IMG/VR virus record: IMGVR_UViG_3300020159_002453
Location: 1-64,000 of that record
Length of the DNA: 64,000 nucleotides
Source: a virus
Reading direction: 5' to 3' (one strand)
Part shown: in pieces, positions 1-10,163 of the stretch
Layout: each line of letters starts with the position of its first letter
Position numbering within the stretch: position 1 is the first letter of the stretch
Translations under genes and position numbers: made by a program
Notes under the pieces: generated by a model
What the model was told of the DNA's origin: nothing
What the model saw: the letters and a program-made list of their open reading frames with translations, nothing else
Databases searched by the model: none

Positions 1-1372
1 CATCAAAATGAGAATTTGTATCTGCAAGAATTGCTCCATTCTTTTTAAGGAAGAATTGAGTTGGACCATTCGCCGTGCTTCGATTCGTTAATTGAACGGA
101 AAATGTGATGCTATAAACACCCTGATTTGTAAATGTTACTCGACTTCCAGAAACCACAGAAACCGCATTACTATCGGTATCGTAGCTATTCAGTGTTACA
201 GCTTGAGGAGTATTAAGAGCTACTGCCGTTTGATTTGTGGTATCCCAGAATGAACCCCAATAACCAATTGCGCCACCTGTGCCGGTTGCACCAGAATAGC
301 CTGATATACCGGAGTAACCAGAAACACCTGTACCAGAGTAGCCTGAAATACCGCTATAACCAGATATACCAGAGTAACCGGAATAACCGGAAGTACTGTC
401 TCCGGAATACCCAGAAGTACCAATACCACTATAACCGGATGTACCTGAATACCCTGATACACCGCTGTATCCACTTACACCAGAGCCACTATAACCCGAA
501 AGACCCGAATAGCCAGAAATACCCGAGTAGCCTGATATACCAGAATAACCGGAAGTACCAATACCACTATAACCGGATGTACCTGAATACCCTGATACAC
601 CGCTATACCCACTTACACCAGAGCCACTATAACCTGAAAGACCGGAATAACCAGAGATGCCCGAGTAACCTGATATACCGGAATAACCAGAAGTGCTGTC
701 ACCAGAATAACCGGAAGTACCAATACCACTATAACCGGATGTACCTGAATAACCGCTCTCTCCACTATAACCACTCACTCCAGAGCCGCTATACCCGCTA
801 ATACCAGAATATCCGGATATACCACTGTAGCCAGATGTGCCACTATAACCTGAATAACTGCTATAACCGCTAATACCTGAAAAACCGGAAGTGCTGTTAC
901 CGGAATAACCAGAAACCCCACTATAACCGCTATATCCACTAGTACCAATACCACTATAACCGCTAATACCAGAATAACCTGATGCTGCAGATGCGCCCGC
1001 TGAACCAGAATAACCTGAGTAACCAGATGTTCCAGAATACCCTGAATAACCACTTGATCCCGCAGCTCCAGAGTAACCAGAAATACCTACACCAGAATAA
1101 CCGGAAATACCTGATCCGGAATAACCAGAAATACCACTATAACCGGAAGTGCTTTGACCTGAATAGCCTGATACACCTTTACCGGAATAACCCGACTTAC
1201 CTGATATGCCTATTTGACCTTGCTCCCCGGAATAACCAGAAATACCGGAGTAACCGGAAGAGCCTGGGTTATCTCCACTGTAACCGGAAAAACCAGATGA
1301 ACCGCTATACCCGCTAGTCTTAGACTGCGAGTTTAAATCTAACATATTTTCGTTTACTTTTAAAATAGCCAT
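1..1372 (-). CDS. Collagen-like (Gly-X-Ser repeat) fibre protein with a BclA-CTD/C1q-like domain; runs off the window start
   Basis: Manual translation from ATG at 1372: MAILKVNENMLDLNSQSKTSGYSGSSGFSGYSGDNPG... with long SGY/SGI/SGF triplets, then GYWGSFWDTTNQ...GVYSITFSVQL...FLKKNG. No stop before the window edge, so absent from the ORF track. Confidence 0.8.
   Translation of the reverse strand, partial: MAILKVNENMLDLNSQSKTSGYSGSSGFSGYSGDNPGSSGYSGISGYSGEQGQIGISGKSGYSGKGVSGYSGQSTSGYSGISGYSGSGISGYSGVGISGYSGAAGSSGYSGYSGTSGYSGYSGSAGASAASGYSGISGYSGIGTSGYSGYSGVSGYSGNSTSGFSGISGYSSYSGYSGTSGYSGISGYSGISGYSGSGVSGYSGESGYSGTSGYSGIGTSGYSGDSTSGYSGISGYSGISGYSGLSGYSGSGVSGYSGVSGYSGTSGYSGIGTSGYSGISGYSGISGYSGLSGYSGSGVSGYSGVSGYSGTSGYSGIGTSGYSGDSTSGYSGYSGISGYSGISGYSGTGVSGYSGISGYSGATGTGGAIGYWGSFWDTTNQTAVALNTPQAVTLNSYDTDSNAVSVVSGSRVTFTNQGVYSITFSVQLTNRSTANGPTQFFLKKNGAILADTNSHFD
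290..1318 (-). repeat. 9-bp-period collagen-coding repeats with larger near-identical blocks starting at ~411, ~549 and ~711
   Basis: Block 'cc(a/g)gaagtaccaataccactataaccggatgtacctgaata' recurs at spacings of 138 and 162 bp, both in frame. Confidence 0.85.
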
Positions 1373-1373
1373 A

Positions 1374-2369
1374 TTAGTAGCGTTTAACAATTACAATTAC
1401 ACCGTTAACTGGAGGTGGCTCACTGAACACGATATTTTGATTGATAGTGCTAATTGTATAGCTATCATTTGGAGTTTGTACCACACCTTCTATAGTTACT
1501 TGATAGTCCCAGGCTGCAGACGAGGTAAGATTGCTTAAAGCATAGGTCGTTGTAGACCCATCTCCAATAAATGTCCAATAAGCTGGTAAAGTGGTTGTCA
1601 TTGAGGTTGAATTAGTTATAGCTACTGCTTCAATTGTACTAGCAATTAAGTATTCTTCAGGAACACTATAACTACTAGCCGAATAAAGTGCATCCGGTAT
1701 ACCAGATGCTATAGCTGTATAAGTACTTACAGCCACCGATGGGTCTCTATCAAAGTAGTTACTGGTGTCGTACACTTCTTCAATTTGAATATTAAAGTCC
1801 TGAGTAATTGTGTTGAGGTACGGTAAGGATTGTAAAATGTCTGGACTCGTTACAATAAAGCTTGTGGTGATTATACCGTCTGGAGTGGTCTTGCGAGTAA
1901 ACGCATTTAACAAGTAAGAATAAAATATTCTTTCTAAAGAAGTGGAAGTACCAGTAAGATTATTCTTTAGCTTACTATAATATATATCATTACGCTTGTT
2001 AGCAAGGTATACGGTAATATCTTTTAACCGGCGGGCATATCCTACAATAACAGATTGTAAGCTAGAGGGATCATCTACGTCTACATTTTCAAAAAGCTGC
2101 TTTTCAGCATTTGTACGAGCAGTAATACCTAAGGTCTTTAAAAAGGTCTTGTAATATTGCTTCACGTAATCAGCTGATACAACATTAGCTACGTTTCTGT
2201 TAATATACCAATTTTTTAAATACGCATTATACTGGTTAAACAAATCGTTAGGAGAGATATTAGTGTTACGGGCTTTCCAGTCTTGGAAGCTATATGGAGC
2301 ATTATAATCCTCCCCGGTATTAGTACCAGTAGGGGTAGAGAGTGTACTGAGTGTGTTAAATACAGCCAT
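1374..2369 (-). CDS. Virion structural protein (baseplate/fibre associated)
   Basis: C-terminal FIGDGSTTTYAL...VTIEGVVQTP...IVFSEPP beta-sandwich module typical of T4-like fibre/baseplate proteins; lies in baseplate cluster; TAAATA upstream. Confidence 0.55.
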   Translation of the reverse strand: MAVFNTLSTLSTPTGTNTGEDYNAPYSFQDWKARNTNISPNDLFNQYNAYLKNWYINRNVANVVSADYVKQYYKTFLKTLGITARTNAEKQLFENVDVDDPSSLQSVIVGYARRLKDITVYLANKRNDIYYSKLKNNLTGTSTSLERIFYSYLLNAFTRKTTPDGIITTSFIVTSPDILQSLPYLNTITQDFNIQIEEVYDTSNYFDRDPSVAVSTYTAIASGIPDALYSASSYSVPEEYLIASTIEAVAITNSTSMTTTLPAYWTFIGDGSTTTYALSNLTSSAAWDYQVTIEGVVQTPNDSYTISTINQNIVFSEPPPVNGVIVIVKRY

Positions 2370-2373
2370 ATTA

Positions 2374-5300
2374 TTATTTAATTAACCCTAATCCTTTGTG
2401 GATGTAGTAATTGTATATAGTTTCGAGAGTACCACCATCTTTAACCCATTCTGCATGGGCTGAAGCGTTTTCAGACAAGGTAGTATACGGATCATCCCAG
2501 TTTATTAAGCCTTCACTTTGGGTGTTATCTACAGTGTCATTATAAACAAAGAATCTATAATAATTTGCGACAGGCGTGTTTAAACCCCAACCAAAAAACG
2601 CACTTAATGGGTATACTGTAATTGGATAAGTAGCGTATTGAATATTAGCAGGGAAAAGGCTTTGTAAATTGCGGGCTGAAATGCTACTGTAAGAAGTAAT
2701 AGCAGGTACCTCTAATAACTCGTAAACTTGAGGAGTAAACACATCGCTAACTACTATTTTTTGACCAGCTGAAACTATGGCTGTTGCTATGTTGTAACCG
2801 CTTAACTGGGCACCAAGATTTACATGTTGGGTATTGTTACTAAAATTACGTGCAAATTGAGAACGCGCACCCCACACTGTACTTTGCTGGGTAGAATAGG
2901 TATCTACAATACGGCTCAATGTAGGTGGTATATCATAGTCAAAATTGTCTAATTCAACCCCTAGAGCTTGAGCTAGAGAGTAAAACTGAGATACATTAGC
3001 CTTAGATATGTCTACGGTGTTAGGTACAAAGTTTGCAATCTTTTCAAATACTACACCACCAAATGTATCTTCAGTGGTAGCGCTTACCCCGGCAACTGCA
3101 GGTAAATAGGTATCAAAAAATACTTCGTTTTGATTGATGGTGGGCTGTAGAGCGTATTCTTTTAACTGCGCACCATAATCAAATGCAGCTCCAAACTTAC
3201 GAGCAAAATAAACACTGTCAAAATCTACTACGTTAAACGAATCACTTGTACCGCTAATTAGCTTTAAGTTAAAAGAAGAGGTAGCCGGAGAAATAGTTAA
3301 AGGATTGAACCCGGTTGTAGTACTTGGTAATAAATCTAACAATATTACCATGAGTGCGGTTGTAGTTGCAGATAGTAATAAAGTACCGGTGGTATAAGGA
3401 GTAAATGTACCGATATAATAACCACCGGTGTTTCTGTTTAAAGAATCGGTCTTATTGATAGTGTATCTTAATATATTTGCAGAAGTCGGGGTGGTGCTAG
3501 TGTTAAATATTGCACTAACACCAGAAACTGATGTGCCTGACACCGCTACAATAGTATATGTATTAGGAGAGTATACTGGGTAGTTTAATAAAATTTTATT
3601 CGAAAGAAACTCACCAGTTCCAGATAAGACTTTACTATTAACAGTGGTTACAAATCTACTTTCAACCCCTGGCCAATAAGTTTCATTAAACGCAACTTCC
3701 CCGTTAAGAGTAACATTAAGATGGTCTGCAGATAGACTTTCCACGTAAAAATAGGAAGAAAGGCTCACTATTGTGTTTGAGTAAGACGGTGCGGTAACAT
3801 CGTATTCATACTCTTGTGGGTTAGGTAAATTAATTGTGTTTAAGTTTACCCAAATAGTAGTAGGTGTTGCAGATACTGTAGCAGCTGTATTATTATATAC
3901 CATTGATGGCATGTCATCAATATAGTATACTTGGAAGCTACCGGAAAGACCTACTAAAGTACCGGTATCAGAAAGTACCCCTGAAGAAAGAATTCTGATC
4001 TCTGTACTACTTACCGGGGTATAGCCAAACTCAGTAATAATAGCGCCGTCATCAAGCGGGGTTGCAGATACAGTGGTAAATCTCCAGCGGGGTCTTAAGT
4101 TTGCTAACTGACTATCCGGTACTTCAGTCCATGGCTGAGATAAAGAGTTATCTGCATAAAAATTAAAGTTAACACTTTCGTTATCCTTAATGGTTGTGTA
4201 GTAGTTTACTGTAAGAGGTATTGGACCACCGGTAACTGTACCAGTTTTACAAGATTGAAAACCATGAAAACATGCACCATTAGATACCTTAGTAGGGGTA
4301 AGGTCCGACCAGTTAGTGTAGTCCCAGGTAAGCTCGTCTTTTACAAAATTTACAGCAGTAACAGTGGTTGAAAACGTTCTTCTATAAGGAGGTACTGTAT
4401 CAGCTGAAAGAGAATTGTAAAGTACTAATTTTACTTCATAAACCCCTGGCCAGTTATAAACATGAGAAGGGGTAAACTCGTTTTCTGTAGATGTATTGTC
4501 CCCCCAATACCATACTATATTGTAAAACTTTGATATAAGAGAATCAGTGATGTATGGAACTCTATCAATACTACATTCTATAGGGGTTGCAAAAGTATAT
4601 ACCCCGGTAACAGGAACATTAACTATAATACCTTTTATATCTTTTGGCATAACCCAATTAGGTTGTCCAATAGGGGTAGAGACCGATACTGACGGGGTTG
4701 GTGGTGGTGGGGTCGTGGATGGTGTTGTAGTTGGAGTCGGGGGTGGTGGGGTCGTGGATGGTGTTGTAGTTGGAGTCGGGGGTGGTGTAGACGTAGACGG
4801 ACTCGGGGTTGGAGTCGGGGGCGGTGTAGACGTAGACGGACTCGGGGTTATTGAAGCTCCAGGAGCCCCAGACGTAGACGGGGTAACTGACGGGGTTGGA
4901 GGTGGGGTAGACGTAGACGGGGTAACTGAAGGGGTTGGAGACGGGGTAAACACCGCGCTAATCGCGCAGTCACCAGCAACAATTATATAAGTGCTTGCAT
5001 TAGTAGATGACGTAACTTCAGATGGAGGTGAGCCATTATCAAAAACCCACTCACTAAATATATACCCAGCCGTGGGTTGAGCTACTAGAGTATATGTACC
5101 AGCAGGCTTACTAATAGGATCTCCTTGGGTATCTGACCCATCAAGGTAAACATCTCCGAAACCGCTACTATAAGCTAGTATGCTATAATATGGTATAGAA
5201 GTAGATGGCGTTACGGAAGGTATAGGGGTAGACGTAGACGGGGTAACTGAAGGGGTTGGAGGTGGGGGGATGTAGGTAAGTACCGCGTAAATAGTTGCGT

Positions 5301-6624
5301 TACCTGCAATAGAATTAAAAGTGCCCGGATTAGCGTATATATCAGGTATATTGCCGGTACTATCTAGCCAATAACTAAAAGTGTAATTAGCATCAGGGGT
5401 TACAGATATAGTTATATTAGTACCAGTAACATAAGTACCGCTTCCTGTAGTAGTACCATGGAGCCCTGGGCTTGTCTGTACACTTAGAGTGTAATTAGGT
5501 AAGCCAGAAGGAGCAGGAGAAACTGAGGGGGAAGGTGGTATAGCTATTAGTACAGCGTATATGGTATGATCATACCCGGGCATGTAAGTTGTCCCTGGGT
5601 TGTTGTATATATTAATAACCCCACCCGAGCTATCTTCCCAGCGTACAAAAGCCCATCCAGACCCTGGAGCCACAGAAATTTGTAAAGCAGTTCCTTCAAA
5701 ATATGAACCAGATCCGCCGGTGGTGCCAGCCCCATTTTGTAATGCAACTGTTAGCGTATAACGAACTGGAGACGGGGCAGGTGTTGGAGACGGTGGGGGT
5801 ACTGGGTTTATATTAACAGTTTGAGTAATGTACCCTGAATTTTGCCCTCTAGTATCTTCAGACCACGCTCTAAAATACACAACCGAATTTGGTGGGTTAT
5901 TTGCGGCAAAGGGATTACTTGAAGTTCCAGTATACCCATCCCCACCACCAGCATAAGCGAATGGTATCCAGGTAGAGTTATCGTAAGAGTAATCTATACT
6001 AACAGCGTCGAGGTAGCCGCCCTCAGATGCACCGGTGGCGGTAATTGTAAAGGTTTCTCCAGATTCAACAGTGCCGGGGGTAGTTGACCAAGAAATAGTA
6101 GGAGCTGCTGCAATATTAACAGTCTGAAAAATAAAAGAGGAACTTAGACCGAACGTATCTGTTGCCCAAGCCCTATAATATACCTGAGCTGTCGAGGGGT
6201 TACTTGCAGAGTCGTCGTTATTAGAATTACTCGTGTTACCGTCTCCTGGTCCCACATACGCAAAAGGAGCCCAGTTAGTATTGTCAAATGACTTATCTAT
6301 ATTAACAGTTGCAAGATGGCCGCCTAGAGAACTACCGACCGCGGCGATATTATAAAATTCTCCAGTATTAACCGTGCCCGGTTCACTTGCCCAAGTTATA
6401 TCCGGCGCGGTTGGGTAGCAAGTATCATCATATATAAAAGTTGTATCCCCGGTGTTAGATATACCATCTACTGGAGCTCCATAAGCATCATTATTACAAA
6501 TACAGCAATAACCAACACTTGTACCGAGAATCAATTCATTCTCGTGTAGGGTACCATCACAATCAGTGTATGTCACATACGCTTGATTATTACTATTAAA
6601 TACTTTGTAGCTTGTGCAGCTCAT
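2374..6624 (-). CDS. Large baseplate-associated adhesin-like protein (2 Ig/FN3-like repeats, 3 InlB B-repeat-like units, Pro/Thr/Ser linker, PKD domain)
   Basis: Duplicated ITW..PGTV..GE...YxRAWxxD unit; YTLTV...G.G.Y..G....I...P..G..F..W repeats; WYWGD...PSHVY..PGVYEVKL PKD motif; immediately downstream of gp6. Confidence 0.65.
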   Translation of the reverse strand: MSCTSYKVFNSNNQAYVTYTDCDGTLHENELILGTSVGYCCICNNDAYGAPVDGISNTGDTTFIYDDTCYPTAPDITWASEPGTVNTGEFYNIAAVGSSLGGHLATVNIDKSFDNTNWAPFAYVGPGDGNTSNSNNDDSASNPSTAQVYYRAWATDTFGLSSSFIFQTVNIAAAPTISWSTTPGTVESGETFTITATGASEGGYLDAVSIDYSYDNSTWIPFAYAGGGDGYTGTSSNPFAANNPPNSVVYFRAWSEDTRGQNSGYITQTVNINPVPPPSPTPAPSPVRYTLTVALQNGAGTTGGSGSYFEGTALQISVAPGSGWAFVRWEDSSGGVINIYNNPGTTYMPGYDHTIYAVLIAIPPSPSVSPAPSGLPNYTLSVQTSPGLHGTTTGSGTYVTGTNITISVTPDANYTFSYWLDSTGNIPDIYANPGTFNSIAGNATIYAVLTYIPPPPTPSVTPSTSTPIPSVTPSTSIPYYSILAYSSGFGDVYLDGSDTQGDPISKPAGTYTLVAQPTAGYIFSEWVFDNGSPPSEVTSSTNASTYIIVAGDCAISAVFTPSPTPSVTPSTSTPPPTPSVTPSTSGAPGASITPSPSTSTPPPTPTPSPSTSTPPPTPTTTPSTTPPPPTPTTTPSTTPPPPTPSVSVSTPIGQPNWVMPKDIKGIIVNVPVTGVYTFATPIECSIDRVPYITDSLISKFYNIVWYWGDNTSTENEFTPSHVYNWPGVYEVKLVLYNSLSADTVPPYRRTFSTTVTAVNFVKDELTWDYTNWSDLTPTKVSNGACFHGFQSCKTGTVTGGPIPLTVNYYTTIKDNESVNFNFYADNSLSQPWTEVPDSQLANLRPRWRFTTVSATPLDDGAIITEFGYTPVSSTEIRILSSGVLSDTGTLVGLSGSFQVYYIDDMPSMVYNNTAATVSATPTTIWVNLNTINLPNPQEYEYDVTAPSYSNTIVSLSSYFYVESLSADHLNVTLNGEVAFNETYWPGVESRFVTTVNSKVLSGTGEFLSNKILLNYPVYSPNTYTIVAVSGTSVSGVSAIFNTSTTPTSANILRYTINKTDSLNRNTGGYYIGTFTPYTTGTLLLSATTTALMVILLDLLPSTTTGFNPLTISPATSSFNLKLISGTSDSFNVVDFDSVYFARKFGAAFDYGAQLKEYALQPTINQNEVFFDTYLPAVAGVSATTEDTFGGVVFEKIANFVPNTVDISKANVSQFYSLAQALGVELDNFDYDIPPTLSRIVDTYSTQQSTVWGARSQFARNFSNNTQHVNLGAQLSGYNIATAIVSAGQKIVVSDVFTPQVYELLEVPAITSYSSISARNLQSLFPANIQYATYPITVYPLSAFFGWGLNTPVANYYRFFVYNDTVDNTQSEGLINWDDPYTTLSENASAHAEWVKDGGTLETIYNYYIHKGLGLIK
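4681..4950 (-). repeat. Tandem repeats encoding TPSVTPSTSTPPP / TPTTTPSTTPPPP mucin-like linker
   Basis: Repeated 'gacgtagacggggtaactga' and 'ggtggtggggtcgtggatggtgttgtagttggagtcgg' units; a further copy at ~5200-5270. Confidence 0.9.
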
Positions 6625-6626
6625 AA

Positions 6627-8453
6627 TTAGAAGTTAACGATAGAGGTATTTTGGGTTACCTCTAATTCTACTGTGACTCTTGTCATTAATTCGTTAATAT
6701 CGTCTAGATAAATAGTTTGAAAAGATTTGACTGTAAAGTTCTTAGTGGTTGAAACTATATCGTTTAACGGGTAAGAAGGGTTGTAAACAATTAAAGAAAC
6801 ACCATTTACAGAGTCTCCTGTATTGGTTGTGGTTACTTGTTTTACTCCGTCTAGAGCTAAGATACTACCGGTAATATCAGTTATACTAACTGAAAAGCCT
6901 AGTGTTATATTGACTGGGTTAAAATATGTTTCGAATATGGATTGTACCCGGTCTTTAATTACGCTTAATGGTATTTTAGAGTCTCTCTGTAGAGTAACTA
7001 CCAAACGAGAATCAGCAATGTCAGCTAAGTTAACAGCATCTTTACCGAGACCCACAGTAACAGCTTTGTATACTGGATCCATGATTACTACTTCTGAAGT
7101 TAGGGTCTTTTTATCGTTAACCGTAGAAATAATTAACTGCTTTTGAGCCGGGGTTAAATAATTTACGTAGTTATTGGTAATAAGTTTTGTAGCTTTAGGT
7201 AGTACATAAACATATACATTATTAAAGTTACACGCATCTGCAAATGCCATTTGGTTATATAACACTCTGTAATCTTGACCTGGGTTAGTTAGACCAATAT
7301 CGTAAAGATACTTTAAATGCTCGGTTACATAAGAGTTGTTGCTTAAAGCTTTAACATCGTTTATAATGTTTGCAAAGTTGTTCTTAATATAAGATTCGTA
7401 ATCGGAAGTGGTTACCACTCTAAACTGAGATTTAAATGATGCTGGCGCATTTTTACGGATATTTGCTACGGTTTCTGCTTCTGTGTAGGTAGTAGAAATG
7501 TTAGAGTTAGCAAATTGTAGGTTTAATATGTTAACATCGTTAAGTAGTGTTAAATCACTACTAATAACATCAGGCTTAATAAGATTAAACTGACCGGTAG
7601 TATAAATTACTGCTGGCTGACCATTAAGCGCACCAGCCCCGACTTGCCCGTCGGTGCCTACTGATTGTAGATAATAAACCGCTACAATATCTCCGACAGC
7701 TAACTGTACACCGTTAATACTATCCCCAAATTTAATTTCGTAATTTTTATTACTGTTTAAACGTATTTCATATGTGGTGGCGGTAGCGTCTTCAAGGTAA
7801 AGAGACTCTGCACGAGACCATTTAACCCACTTGCCGGTAGCAATACTCTTTACATAAACATCTATATTAAAATGGTCAACAATAACATCAGTACCGGGTA
7901 TTAGAAAAACAATTTCATTTGCCTCCCCTCTAGCAGTGTAAAGTGGATACTCTATATAGGTACCTTGATATAAAAGATATTGATTACCGACTGATGTTAG
8001 ACTTTCAGTGCCTGAAACAGTTTTAGTAAAAGTTGCGTCACTGTTAAAGGAATAAGTCGCGTTACCCACTCTAATAAAAGAGTAACGAGGTATAGTGTAA
8101 GTGCCGATGCCGAGATTAGTAGTTGCTGATACAGTAAACGAAAGAGTAGAAGTTTGATTGCCTATAGGGGAGTAATTTACAATGCTTACTATACGGTTCA
8201 TATTCTCATATAACTGAGATTCACTAAACATCGTTTCAGTCGATGTTTGATTCATATAATACATTAAGGTATGAAACGAATACGCAATAATATTGTTAAT
8301 TGCTGTAATGTTTGAACCCTCAAAATTTTGGTCTGTAAACAAGCCACTCTCGTTTAAACGAGTAGTAATAAAATTCTTTAAAGAAAGTGCGTCAAACGCA
8401 ACATATTCATTTGTTGCTATATTAAGGTTAGTGTTGTCTGAAGATGTGTTCAT
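6627..8453 (-). CDS. Baseplate wedge subunit, T4 gp6-like
   Basis: FTDQNFEGSNIT, YEIKFGD, ET..IRKNAP..F.SQFRVVTTSDY motifs; follows gp25. Confidence 0.9.
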   Translation of the reverse strand: MNTSSDNTNLNIATNEYVAFDALSLKNFITTRLNESGLFTDQNFEGSNITAINNIIAYSFHTLMYYMNQTSTETMFSESQLYENMNRIVSIVNYSPIGNQTSTLSFTVSATTNLGIGTYTIPRYSFIRVGNATYSFNSDATFTKTVSGTESLTSVGNQYLLYQGTYIEYPLYTARGEANEIVFLIPGTDVIVDHFNIDVYVKSIATGKWVKWSRAESLYLEDATATTYEIRLNSNKNYEIKFGDSINGVQLAVGDIVAVYYLQSVGTDGQVGAGALNGQPAVIYTTGQFNLIKPDVISSDLTLLNDVNILNLQFANSNISTTYTEAETVANIRKNAPASFKSQFRVVTTSDYESYIKNNFANIINDVKALSNNSYVTEHLKYLYDIGLTNPGQDYRVLYNQMAFADACNFNNVYVYVLPKATKLITNNYVNYLTPAQKQLIISTVNDKKTLTSEVVIMDPVYKAVTVGLGKDAVNLADIADSRLVVTLQRDSKIPLSVIKDRVQSIFETYFNPVNITLGFSVSITDITGSILALDGVKQVTTTNTGDSVNGVSLIVYNPSYPLNDIVSTTKNFTVKSFQTIYLDDINELMTRVTVELEVTQNTSIVNF

Positions 8454-8455
8454 CT

Positions 8456-8896
8456 TTATTTAAGAAGGGTAAATCCTGTTTTAGTTAATGTGCCGGGTAT
8501 ATTTAATTGGGAGTTCAATGAGGGTATCAGGATACTTAATGTAATAGTAAAGGTTTGCAGGTCTGAGTCGACGTTTATATTAATATTCCTAACTGATACT
8601 CTTGGTTCAAAGGTGGAAAGGTTGTTCATTATACTCTGACCTATCATACGCGCAGTTGTATCCGTGGCTGGTAAAAACACATATTGTAGTAAATTTAAGC
8701 CATATTCGGGATTTAATAAATTCTGACCAGGAGACGTATTAAATAGATTTACTATAGAGTTAGCAATTGCACTCTCGTCGAAATCAGTTTTAATATCCCG
8801 CTCAACTGGATTGCTAAAGTCTAAATGCAAATCTACAAAGCTGTGCTTTGTGGTAGACTCGATTTTTTGGAGACCTTTAAAGTTTAAGCTGGGCAT
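8456..8896 (-). CDS. Baseplate wedge subunit, T4 gp25-like
   Basis: AIANSIVNLFNTSPG...PEYG..L...F...FEPRV motif. Confidence 0.9.
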   Translation of the reverse strand: MPSLNFKGLQKIESTTKHSFVDLHLDFSNPVERDIKTDFDESAIANSIVNLFNTSPGQNLLNPEYGLNLLQYVFLPATDTTARMIGQSIMNNLSTFEPRVSVRNININVDSDLQTFTITLSILIPSLNSQLNIPGTLTKTGFTLLK

Positions 8897-8900
8897 ATTA

Positions 8901-8934
8901 ATTACTTAGGGATAAGTAATGAAAACCATAAGTA
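8901..8934. promoter_or_regulatory. Back-to-back late promoters (TAAGTA on each strand) for gp25 and the 8949 gene
   Basis: attactta(8901-8908) and taagtaat(8913-8920) form an inverted repeat; second TAAGTA at 8929-8934. Confidence 0.6.
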
Positions 8935-8948
8935 ATGGTATAACTTTT

Positions 8949-10163
8949 ATGAAGAACGGTAAATTTATTAAGCTTTACGAAACCATCTATGATCGCTTTA
9001 AGCAAGGTCATGGATTACTAGAAGGGGATGTAGTTAAACTTAAAGATGGATACAAGACGAGTGAGCAATACAAAGCGCTTCCAACATCTATACAAGTACG
9101 TCTTGAAGATTCAGAAAAATCTGGTTATAACTTAAGAGTGGGTAGACTCCACACCCCAAACGCCCAATACGGTTCAATGGGACATGTTGCATTACCAGCA
9201 ACCCATGCAGACCTCTATCAAGAGCGTGCGCCCGGGGCTTTCGGTAATCTAGTTACTATTCCTATTGGTCTTTTAGAGCCAATCGATACCGGTGTTAATT
9301 TGCCCCCAGTATCTAAAAAGAATAAGCGTTCTGGTAAAGAAGCTCCTTATCAAAAGCCTTCTAAGAAAGGTAAAAACAAAGATGCAGTAACCGACGAACA
9401 AACAGATGTTGGGGAAAAGCAAAATTACGCTAAAAAGGGAGATTACGAATTAGCTACTAAAAACAAGAAACCGTCCGTAGGTGCTAATAGTTATGATGAC
9501 TCCAAGCCCTCTACAAATTACAAGCCACTTGCTAAAAACGGCAAAAAGCCAAAGACTTTAAAAGAGTCTATGGAAAATATTGAGAATGTATACATGAGCA
9601 TTCTTAATGAAGATGTAGATAACGAAGCTGAAGCTGAAGTTAATGAGAACCCTGGTTTAAATCGTGGACCACGGGCAGTAATTAACGGCAAGGAAGTTAA
9701 TTTAAAATCTTTAGAATTAGACGGCGTCGATATGAGCGATTTTCCAGACTTCGTTGATGCCTATGTAGTTTCAGGTTCTTTTAAAGATGGTACAGTAATG
9801 AACGACGATGAAATCGACGAATTGAACCTTGATTATCCTGAAGTTGTCCAAGAATTAGTTCATGATAATTTACACGAAGCTGATGCTGATGTTATTGAAG
9901 ACACCGGGGATACTACCGGTACAACTTCTGAAGTAACACATAACCCTGAAGAAATGGAGCAAACTTCAGCATATGAAGCTAAAAACTATATGGGTGAAAG
10001 AGAGTTTCAAACGTATGCCGGTTGGAAACGCGCTTGCAAAATGGTTAAACCTGACGCAACGTTTACCGGGGATAGAGATATAGATAGCTGCGAAGTCGGA
10101 GAATGGGATGGGGCGGTAGGTAGTATCTTTAATAAACCCACTAAAGCTGACTTAACGCAATAA
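8949..10163 (+). CDS. Multi-domain hypothetical protein, probable internal head protein (alternative start 8919)
   Basis: N-terminus KFIKLYE; Lys-rich and acidic linkers; several L/V-x-E sites; late promoter. Confidence 0.5.
   Translation: MKNGKFIKLYETIYDRFKQGHGLLEGDVVKLKDGYKTSEQYKALPTSIQVRLEDSEKSGYNLRVGRLHTPNAQYGSMGHVALPATHADLYQERAPGAFGNLVTIPIGLLEPIDTGVNLPPVSKKNKRSGKEAPYQKPSKKGKNKDAVTDEQTDVGEKQNYAKKGDYELATKNKKPSVGANSYDDSKPSTNYKPLAKNGKKPKTLKESMENIENVYMSILNEDVDNEAEAEVNENPGLNRGPRAVINGKEVNLKSLELDGVDMSDFPDFVDAYVVSGSFKDGTVMNDDEIDELNLDYPEVVQELVHDNLHEADADVIEDTGDTTGTTSEVTHNPEEMEQTSAYEAKNYMGEREFQTYAGWKRACKMVKPDATFTGDRDIDSCEVGEWDGAVGSIFNKPTKADLTQ

Noticed and set aside
400-780. Direct repeats as a possible CRISPR array
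   Set aside because: In-frame coding duplications with similar, not unique, intervening sequence; no cas genes.
220-1317. ORF-track entries 220-474, 235-801, 775-1053, 982-1317
   Set aside because: Shadow frames of the repetitive collagen gene on the minus strand.
4547-4990. Gly/Val-rich plus-strand ORF
   Set aside because: Antisense of the Pro/Thr/Ser linker.
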